Origin: Saccharolobus solfataricus P2
GTDB taxonomy: Archaea; Thermoproteota; Thermoprotei_A; Sulfolobales; Sulfolobaceae
Direction: 5' to 3' (one strand)
DNA: 64,000 bases
Assembly (NCBI RefSeq): GCF_000007005.1
Contig: NC_002754.1
The notes beneath the pieces were generated by a model. It did not search any database. It worked only from the letters and a program-made list of their open reading frames with translations, and had not been told where the DNA came from. The first letter of the stretch is position 1. Each line of letters starts with the position of its first letter. The translations under genes were made by a program, and so were the position numbers. This document shows, one piece after another, positions 55,701 through 64,000 of the stretch.

Positions 55701-57113
55701 TTGATGAGCTTAGAGGTTATTGAAGTTCGATCACCCTCCAATCTTAAGGTAATTGGAACTGTGAAGAGAATGAGTAAAGATGAGGTTAGGGGAGAGATAG
55801 AGGAGGCATATAAGGGATTTGAAATAATTTCCAGAATGCCCCTCTATAAGAGGACAGCTATATTGAGGAAAATATCGGAAATTTTGGAAAGAGAGCAGGA
55901 GAGATTAGCTAGACTACTTGCAATGGAAGCCGGTAAGCCGATTAGTGATTCCCGAGTTGAAGTATTAAGGGCTTCTAGACTGTTTAGACAAGCCGCTGAA
56001 GAGGTGGGAATAGTTCTAGAAGGCAAGAATTATAGGGTAGATGCTTACGAGTACCCTCCTGGGAATGAGAATAGAATAGTTTTGAGTACTAGGGAACCGA
56101 TAGGTGTTGTAACTGCAATTTTACCCTTCAACTTCCCCATAAACTCCTTTGCCCACAAGGTTGCCCCAGCTTTAGCAGTGGGAAATTCAGTAGTGGTTAA
56201 GCCAAGTATAAATACGCCTCTAGCAGCCGTAGAGATGAAGAAGATATTGGTTGAGGCTGGATTACCTGATAGTGCAGTTAGAGTGGTCACTGGTTATAGT
56301 AGTGAGATCGGGGATGAGATAATCACCCATCCATTAGTTGGTCTGATTACGTTAACTGGTTCTACGCAAACTGGTCTTAAAATAGCCTCTAAAGCTATTT
56401 CATTAGGGAAGAGGATAATAATGGAGTTGGGAGGTTCAGATCCCATAATCATCTTAGAAGACGCCAACATAGAGAGGGCTTCTTCAATAGCTGTTAGAGC
56501 TAGGTTTGAGTATGCTGGACAGAACTGTAATGCTGGTAAGAGAATTATAGTTAGGCAAGAGGTCTATGACAAGTTCGTAAAGGCGTTTAACGAGAAGGCC
56601 AAAGCATTAAAGGTAGGTGAACCCTTGGATGAGACTACTGACGTTGGACCAGTAATCAACAAGGAGAGTGTTGAAAACTTAAACAGTGTATTGGAAGACG
56701 CTAAAGTTAAGGGAGGAAGGGTTGAGATCCTCAATAGGGGGCCAGAAAGTGGAAGTTTCTTCCCACTGACTATGGTAACCAATCCCTCACTGGATATGCT
56801 GGTCTTAAAGAGTGAAGTCTTCGGGCCTATAGTACCAATTGTGAGCGTTAAGAGTGATGAGGAGGCAATACGAATAGCCAATTCAACTGAGTATGGTTTA
56901 CAATCAGCAATCTTTACGAACGATGTGAATAGGGCCTTGAAGTTAAGTAGGGAATTGAAGTTTGGTGCTGTTATCATAAATGATAGTACTAGGCTGAGGT
57001 GGGACTCGTTACCCTTTGGCGGATTTAAGAAGACTGGTATTGGGAGAGAAGGAGTTAGAGAGACAATGCTGGAGATGACTGAAAATAAGTTAATTGCTAT
57101 CACATTACTTTAA
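55701..57113 (+). CDS. NAD(P)+ aldehyde dehydrogenase (possibly succinic semialdehyde dehydrogenase)
   Basis: PFNFP, LTGS, MELGGSD, GQNCNA, EVFGP. Confidence 0.92.
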   Translation: MMSLEVIEVRSPSNLKVIGTVKRMSKDEVRGEIEEAYKGFEIISRMPLYKRTAILRKISEILEREQERLARLLAMEAGKPISDSRVEVLRASRLFRQAAEEVGIVLEGKNYRVDAYEYPPGNENRIVLSTREPIGVVTAILPFNFPINSFAHKVAPALAVGNSVVVKPSINTPLAAVEMKKILVEAGLPDSAVRVVTGYSSEIGDEIITHPLVGLITLTGSTQTGLKIASKAISLGKRIIMELGGSDPIIILEDANIERASSIAVRARFEYAGQNCNAGKRIIVRQEVYDKFVKAFNEKAKALKVGEPLDETTDVGPVINKESVENLNSVLEDAKVKGGRVEILNRGPESGSFFPLTMVTNPSLDMLVLKSEVFGPIVPIVSVKSDEEAIRIANSTEYGLQSAIFTNDVNRALKLSRELKFGAVIINDSTRLRWDSLPFGGFKKTGIGREGVRETMLEMTENKLIAITLL

Positions 57114-58477
57114 GTGGTAAAATCTTTTACTACATATTTTATAACAGACGGGGGTTCAAAGGGGGCGGAAAACTTCGCCTCTTCAAGATGGATCCCTCTG
57201 TAGAAAAGTTAAAAATAGGAAAATAACAAAATACACATCAATACCCACCTTAGGGTTTCGCTTCCGTGCTTACGCTGACGAACAAACCCTTAGGGCGTTA
57301 AAAGCCCAGTTGAAGTTAGCGTGCAAAATCTACAACACCTTAAGGTGGGCAGACATCTATTTCTATCAGAGGGATGGGAAAGGACTAACACAAACTGAGT
57401 TAAGACAGTTGGCTCTAGATCTGAGAAAACAAGATGATGAGTATAAGCAACTCTACTCGCAAGTAGTTCAACAAATAGCTGACCGTTATTACGAAGCTAG
57501 ACAGAGGTTTTTCGAAGGTCTAGCACGTTTCCCAAAAGAAAAGAAACCTCATAAATACTACTCCCTTGTCTATCCCCAGTATGGTTGGAAAATACTTCAG
57601 GTTAGAGAAATAAGAAAAGGAAGCAAGAAGAATAAGAAGAGACTAATAACGCTTAAACTATCAAATCTTGGTACGTTCAAGGTAATTATACACAGGGACT
57701 TTCCCCTTGACAAAGTAAAGAGGGTAGTAGTGAAGCTAACAAGATCTGAGAGGATATACATCACTTTCGTAGTAGAAGATTACGAATTCCCCAAGTTACC
57801 TAACACTGGTAAGGTAGTGGCGATAGATGTTGGCATAGAGAAGCTGATCGTAACGTCAGATGGTGAGTATTTTCCTAATTTGAGACCTTACGAGAAAGCG
57901 TTATGGAAAGTGAAGCATCTACACAGAGAACTTTCAAGGAAGAAATTCCTCTCTAATAATTGGTTTAAGGCTAAGGTTAAGCTTGCTAGGGCTTATGAGC
58001 ATTTGAAGAATCTAAGAACGGATCTTTACATGAAGTTGGGTAAGTGGTTTGCTGAGCATTATGATGTTGTGGTGATGGAGGACATTCATGTTAAGCAGTT
58101 GATAGGTAAGTCATTAAGGTCTCTGAGGAGGAGATTGAGTGATGTCGCGTTCAGCGAGCTTAGAGATTTGATTAAGTATCAGTTGGAGAAATACGGTAAG
58201 AAACTCATCCTAGTTAATCCTGCATACACTTCCAAAACTTGTGCTAGGTGCGGGTACGTAAAAGAAGATCTGTCTCTATCTGATCGTGTTTTCGTTTGTT
58301 CCAACTGTGGTTGGATTGCAGATCGTGACTATAATGCTTCTCTTAACATCTTACGTGGATCGGGGTCGGAGCGACCCTTAGTGTGGAGCTCCGCCCTCTA
58401 CCAGTACCAGCACTTCGGTACTGGCATGGCAGAGCTGTGAAGCAGGAAGCTCCCTCTTTTAGGAGGGGGTAGCTCAC
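57114..58477 (+). mobile_element. IS200/IS605-family tnpB-only element (ISC1316-like); left end approximate
   Basis: TTTAA just upstream, left hairpin near 57160-57182, right-end hairpin ctccctcttttaggaggggg followed by tagctcac. Confidence 0.8.
57241..58440 (+). CDS. tnpB: TnpB nuclease; expected start codon reads ATA
   Basis: [13 protein letters not shown] start, AIDVG, VMED, CARC/CSNC, DRDYNA. Confidence 0.85.
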   Translation: MPTLGFRFRAYADEQTLRALKAQLKLACKIYNTLRWADIYFYQRDGKGLTQTELRQLALDLRKQDDEYKQLYSQVVQQIADRYYEARQRFFEGLARFPKEKKPHKYYSLVYPQYGWKILQVREIRKGSKKNKKRLITLKLSNLGTFKVIIHRDFPLDKVKRVVVKLTRSERIYITFVVEDYEFPKLPNTGKVVAIDVGIEKLIVTSDGEYFPNLRPYEKALWKVKHLHRELSRKKFLSNNWFKAKVKLARAYEHLKNLRTDLYMKLGKWFAEHYDVVVMEDIHVKQLIGKSLRSLRRRLSDVAFSELRDLIKYQLEKYGKKLILVNPAYTSKTCARCGYVKEDLSLSDRVFVCSNCGWIADRDYNASLNILRGSGSERPLVWSSALYQYQHFGTGMAEL

Positions 58478-58658
58478 AGTATAAAATTGGTATGAGTTGG
58501 GTTTACAATATCAACGAAAGTCAGAAGGGATGTACTAGAAAAGGCTAAGAAATACGGAATAAACGTCTCTGAAGTTTTAAGAAAGGCTTTAGAGGAGGAA
58601 ATAAGGAAAAGGGAGGAGGAGGCGAGGAGAAGCGCTAAGGAAATCGCAGAAGTTCAGA

Positions 58659-61169
58659 TAGCATTTATCGGAAAATCCTGGCAGTTCAAGAGGCCCATAA
58701 AAACTTTTTAAAATTAGAGCCTTTAATTTTGGTATGACCAAAGAGTCTGCGAGGGAGGAGTACTATAAGGCATTGGAAAAGGCAGTTAACGAGGTCATAC
58801 TATCCATGACTGGAACGAGGAAGGACGTTGCCAAGAGGCTACTCTTGGGGGCGGTTGTGGGAAGAAATGCTACCGAGATAGCTCAAGAGGCCGAGATGGA
58901 CTACGAGACCGTACTGAATAACTTGGACAAAGCAGCTCAAGCCAAACTAATCGAGGTCGTGAAGAAGTTAGTTGGAGACCATCCCGTCCTTCTCATAATA
59001 GACGACACCCACGACCACAAGCTCTACGCTAGGGTCATGCCGGTCTCCAGAAACGGGGCACAGATCTTCTACTGTAGGGCGCACAAGAGGTTCGAGTCCG
59101 CGATCCAGCTCCTTGTGATTGGCGTCAAGGATCTGGTGAACAACCAGATCTACGTGATCCACATAATTGCCTACATACCCCGAAAGGTGGAGGAGGAGCT
59201 CAAGCGTAGGGGTGAGGAGGTGAAGTTCAGGACCAAGATAGATGCCCTCTTGGAGTTTCTCTCCTCCCTCTCAGGTTTGAATGTGAAATCCAAGGTCTTC
59301 GACTCATGGTACGTCAGTATGGGAATCTCATTTTTCTGATATAAATGATAATATATGTAAGATTGAACCACACCAGTTTTATTCAAATATAACTGCATAT
59401 ATTTTATGAAAATGACAGTTAATAAGTCAGTTTTGAACAGAAGAATATAAATATATAGAATTAATTTCACGTAGCTGGAAGGAGGTGCATAGGGTTAGCT
59501 GGAGTCTGGGGGAATGACGTCTTCACTTCACGGAACGCGCGTTCAGGTTCCACTCTTACCTCCCGATCGAGGAGGTTCGAGAGGGAGACCGAGAACTCCC
59601 ACAACTTTACCTTCCTCCAAGAACGGATCAAGAACCAGACATTCAAGAGAAGATAGGAAAGCAGAACGAGAACCAATTCCTTCCTCACGTCACAAGTCCT
59701 AGTCCTGATCCTGAACTCCTCAAGAGAGCGAAAAGCATTCTCAATCCCCCACCTCTCCCTGTACATCTCGGCAAGGACTATGGCATCATAAAGATCCATC
59801 TCCCTCCTCACGAGGAAAGCAATAATCTTGTCGTCTTCCTTCCTCAGGATAATGAGATAAGCTCCACTCCCATGTCTCACGCAGAGAAATCCAGATATAT
59901 CTAACTCCGCCAAAACTCACATCCACATCTTGCAACATCCCCTTGTACTTCTTGTACATCTGGGCCTTGGCAGATATGACGAAGTCCAAGCCCAACTCCA
60001 AGAGGTATCTAATCACTTCGTTCACTGCGAACTCCCTGTCCGCGAAGACCATGACGAGCCTCAGCTTGTCCTCCTCCAACTCCTTCACGATTACCTCCAT
60101 CACCGCCTTGAAACCTTCAGCTACGTTCTTCACGGTCACTGGGATCACGTCCAAGAAGCTCCTCGTCCTCCCCAGGAGGAAGATCGCAGCTTGAACCAGT
60201 CCCCACGACGTCCCCTTAGTTGGCTTTATCCTACTCAAGAAACTCTTGTCAGCGTGGTATTGAGGTATGGCATGGAAGTCCACTGCTACCCTCCTGTCCC
60301 TGACTCCCCTTAACGTCATCCTCCCCATCTTCCTCAACGCATCCCTCACGTCCTCAACTTGAACCGCGTTCAACTTTCTCAACGCTCTTCTCCCATCTTT
60401 TCCCAACCTGCTCAAGTAGCTCCCACTCGCCTTAAGCAAGGCACTGAGGAGTTCCTCAGGGAAAAGTATTTTAGTGAGGACCGAGTAAATTATCTTGAGG
60501 GCGGACCTGGCGAAGTCCCGGTTGAACTTCGCCGGTTTAGTTGTATTCTCATGTTTCATATGTTCAAGTCCGCCCTCGTATATACAAACTTTTCTACAGA
60601 AATTCTCATCCTCTCGATTTTGTCTGTATTTCATTCATCTCATTTTTTACGCAAAAAATGAGATTCCCATACTGACGTGAACTCGAGGACTCTCCATGGG
60701 AATACCGTGGGGGAACTCAAGTCCAGCGCGCGAGTCGTCGAGGGTGGCAGATCCGTGCCCGTTGGCGAGTTCCCCCAAGGAGAGTACCTGGTGGAGTACT
60801 TGGGGACTCCCATAAAGTTACTTGTTATAGATGACTATAAGGGTTACGGGAGGAGGTATTTCTTCTCCACCGACCTTAACGACACGGCTGAAGATATCAT
60901 AACAACCTGGGAGAACCGTTGGGACATCGAGGTCTTGATTAGGGAGCTCAAGGCCTTGGGACTCGAGGGTGGGTCCTTCTTGACCTGGGTTAGGAACTCA
61001 GGCTTCGTGGCCTTGAAGGCTCTCTCCCTCCTCGTTGTCCAATACTTCAAGTACTCCACGGGTCTGAGACTCGGGGCCAAAAGGTTGGCCAGATTGATAA
61101 AAAGCATTTACCGTGAGGCGGGTGGGATCAAAAAACTGTTCAAGAGGAGGAGAAAACCGTAAAGTGCTA
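58659..61169 (+). mobile_element. ISC1217 (1147 bp rejoined) carrying nested ISC1359
   Basis: TIRs tagcatttatcgg / ccgtaaagtgcta, TSD TTCAGA; transposase rejoins as FDSWY|VNSR. Confidence 0.9.
59315..60674 (-). mobile_element. ISC1359, frameshifted transposase
   Basis: 1360 bp, TIR cagtatgggaatctc, TSD ACGT. Confidence 0.92.
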
Positions 61170-61229
61170 TTCAGAGATCAATGAACATCACCGTAGGGGA
61201 TATTGCGAAGTCAATAAGGGAAGATAGGG

Positions 61230-62950
61230 ATGCAAGATAGGAATTACGTCAGTATGGGAATCTCATTTTTCTGATATAAATGATAATATATGTAAGATTG
61301 AACCACACCAGTTTTATTCAAATATAACTGCATATATTTTATGAAAATGACAGTTAATAAGTCAGTTTTCAATAGCAGAATATAAATATATAGAATTAAT
61401 TTCACGTAGCTGGAAGGAGGTGCATAGGGTTAGCTGGAGTCTAGGGGAATGGCGTCTTCACTTCACGGAACGCGCGTCCCTGTTCCACTCTTACCTCCCG
61501 ATCGAGGAGGTTCGAGAGGGAGACCGAGAACTCCCACAACTTTACCTTCCTCCAAGAACGGATCAAGAACCAGACATTCAAGAGAAGATAGGAAAGCAGA
61601 ACGAGAACCAATTCCTTCCTCACGTCACAAGTCCTAGTCCTGATCCTGAACTCCTCAAGAGAGCGAAAAGCATTCTCAATCCCCCACCTCTCCCTGTACA
61701 TCTCGGCAAGGACTATGGCATCATAAAGATCCATCTCCTTCCTCACGAGGAAAGCAATAATCTTGTCGTCTTCCTTCCTCAGGATAATGAGATAAGCTCC
61801 ACTCCCATGTCTCACGCAGAGAAATCCAGATATATCTAACTCCGCCAAAACTCACATCCACATCTTGCAACATCCCCTTGTACTTCTTGTACATCTGGGC
61901 CTTGGCAGATATGACGAAGTCCAAGCCCAACTCCAAGAGGTATCTAATCACTTCGTTCACTGCGAACTCCCTGTCCGCGAAGACCATGACGAGCCTCAGC
62001 TTGTCCTCCTCCAACTCCTTCACGATTACCTCCATCACCGCCTTGAAACCTTCAGCTACGTTCTTCACGGTCACTGGGATCACGTCCAAGAAGCTCCTCG
62101 TCCTCCCCAGGAGGAAGATCGCAGCTTGAACCAGTCCCCACGACGTCCCCTTAGTTGGCTTTATCCTACTCAAGAAACTCTTGTCAGCGTGGTATTGAGG
62201 TATGGCATGGAAGTCCACTGCTACCCTCCTGTCCCTGACTCCCCTTAACGTCATCCTCCCCATCTTCCTCAACGCATCCCTCACGTCCTCAACTTGAACC
62301 GCGTTCAACTTTCTCAACGCTCTTCTCCCATCTTTTCCCAACCTGCTCAAGTAGCTCCCACTTGCCTTAAGCAAGGCACTGAGGAGTTCCTCAGGGAAAA
62401 GTATTTTAGTGAGGATCGAGTAAATTATCTTGAGGGCGGACCTGGCGAAGTCCCGGTTGAACTTCGCCGGTTTAGTTGTATTCTCATGCTTCATATATTC
62501 AAGTTCGCCCTCGTATATACAAACTTTTCTCCAGAAATTCTCATCCTCTCAACTTTTTCTGTATTCCATTCATCTCGTTTTTTACGAGAAAAAAGAGATT
62601 CCCATACTGACGTATTAGATGCAAGCTCCATAATACCGTTGACTGAGTTATTAGGTGAGAAAGCAATAGACCCCTTTAAGAGGAGTATAACTGCAGATTT
62701 AGCTGTATACGAAATAGAAAACTTCTTATGGAAGAGGAAATTAGAGAGGCTTACTACACTCTTTATAAACGTGTTGAAGTTTATAGAAATGGAGAGGTTA
62801 GATTAAATGAAAAAGTTGTGAAGTTAAGTATAGAAGAAAACCTAACCTATTACGATGCGGTATATCTTTACCTAAGTAGAAAGTTATGGTATAATACTAG
62901 TAAATGATGATAAGGACTTGTTGAAAAAGGGCAATGCCAAGTTCAGAGTT
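61230..62950 (+). pseudogene. vapC: VapC PIN toxin split by ISC1359, with further stop and frameshift
   Basis: MQDRNY|VLDASSII...YEIEN...LD*...TYYDAVY. Confidence 0.8.
61250..62609 (-). mobile_element. ISC1359, frameshifted transposase
   Basis: 1360 bp, TIRs, TSD ACGT. Confidence 0.92.
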
Positions 62951-62960
62951 AATAAAAATG

Positions 62961-63590
62961 TTATAACTGCATCCAGTACTGTATCAACTTAAATGCAGCA
63001 TCTTCAAGTTCTCCCTCAAATCTCTTCACATAGTTCGCCACACTTTCATCTCCACCATAAAGCTTAATCCATTGACTAACCATTTCTGAATTAACTTCCA
63101 AATGGAATTGTACACCTAAAGCTCTCTTTACCTTAAAGGCCTGGAAGTAGTTATTGCTATAAGCTAAGAGAACTGCGTCTTGCGGTAACGAAAAAGTATC
63201 CCCATGCCATTGGAACACTGAAAGTTCGTCTTCTCTCATGAAATCCTTCAATTCCCCTAATAACTTTACCTTTTGTATACCAATCTCTTGCCCGAAACCA
63301 CCTTTTATCACTTTACCACCCAAGGCTTCTGCAATTAATTGAGAGCCTAAACAAACTCCTAAAATCCTCTTATTTTCCTTATATCCCTTTTTTATTAAAT
63401 CTATTTCAACTTTTAAAAAATGATATTTATCCCTTTCATAAACTCCCATTGGGCCTCCCATTATTATTAAAGCTTCAAATTGCTCATCTCCCTTAAGTTC
63501 CTCAGCCATTATTTCATTAACGCGAGGTAGGAATTTCTTTAACGTTCCTAACGTTTCTACTGGATGATTGTAAACTGCTAGTATCTTCAT
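62961..63590 (-). CDS. class I glutamine amidotransferase (GMP synthase-like)
   Basis: IMGGP, GVCLGSQL, WHGD, QFHLE catalytic triad. Confidence 0.9.
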   Translation of the reverse strand: MKILAVYNHPVETLGTLKKFLPRVNEIMAEELKGDEQFEALIIMGGPMGVYERDKYHFLKVEIDLIKKGYKENKRILGVCLGSQLIAEALGGKVIKGGFGQEIGIQKVKLLGELKDFMREDELSVFQWHGDTFSLPQDAVLLAYSNNYFQAFKVKRALGVQFHLEVNSEMVSQWIKLYGGDESVANYVKRFEGELEDAAFKLIQYWMQL

Positions 63591-63626
63591 GTGAATAAAA
63601 AATAAGGAAATACAGAAATATAAGTA

Positions 63627-64000
63627 TTAATGACCAACTGCCCTAGCTACCCTCTGCCCAGCGAAAGCTCCTAAGATACCCACAATTGCATCTCCAGGTA
63701 CAGAAGCTAATACGTCGAACTGTATAGTAGCCCAGTTCACTATAGCACCATGTATTAAAGGATTTAGAAATCCTAGGTAAAATATTGGGTCTGGAATAGC
63801 ACATAGTATACCAATTATGGCACCTTCAATTGCAATCAATACTACTCTTTTTATCTTGAGTGAAGTTCCAATGCTATCGCTATACCTAATGTTGAATAGG
63901 TTACCCCTAGTAGCTATAATCACAGCATCTATGAAAAGACCGTAAGTAAATGCCTCATAAATAAAATATAATGGCTGGCCAGCAAAGCCGTAATGGAACA
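63627..64000 (-). CDS. membrane protein, possibly ECF S-component; 5' end outside window
   Basis: Hydrophobic frame open to the window edge. Confidence 0.5.
   Translation of the reverse strand, partial: FHYGFAGQPLYFIYEAFTYGLFIDAVIIATRGNLFNIRYSDSIGTSLKIKRVVLIAIEGAIIGILCAIPDPIFYLGFLNPLIHGAIVNWATIQFDVLASVPGDAIVGILGAFAGQRVARAVGH

Larger units (their letters stand above)
58492..61240 (+). pseudogene. vapB: VapB antitoxin, frameshifted and split by ISC1217::ISC1359
   Basis: MSWV/TISTKVRRDVLEKAKKYGINVSEVLR...AEVQR|SMNIT...REDRDAR*. Confidence 0.8.

Overview
AT-rich crenarchaeal chromosome segment, most likely Saccharolobus/Sulfolobus (islandicus-like; inferred from the ISC/SM element set, zinc-ferredoxin fragment and PlrA). 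It is a hypervariable, IS-saturated region. It contains a surface-glycan cluster (flippase, rfbB, rfbA, frameshifted rfbD, GT4) and a defence-like cluster (AbiV-like pseudogene, vapBC, split csx1, ATPase plus TOPRIM-like pair between about 200-bp inverted repeats). There is an IS graveyard with nested insertions (IS110, ISC1048, SM2, ISC1359, ISC1212, ISC1234-like) and a remnant of an integrated conjugative plasmid ending in a tRNA-Glu att half-site. Further genes include metabolic and redox genes, HEPN-MNT, radical SAM/ALDH genes, two TnpB elements and a vapBC destroyed by three insertions. No CRISPR array or intact tRNA/rRNA was seen. The two best observations are: (1) a box C/D sRNA inside the plasmid remnant whose two guides point at 16S rRNA C1402 and U1498 of the decoding centre, transcribed divergently from a CopG-like regulator; (2) a readable bridge-RNA-like structure in the IS110 left end whose guides match the element's own end junction and part of its insertion site. 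ISC/SM names come from recalled lengths, TIR and TSD properties, not from a database search.
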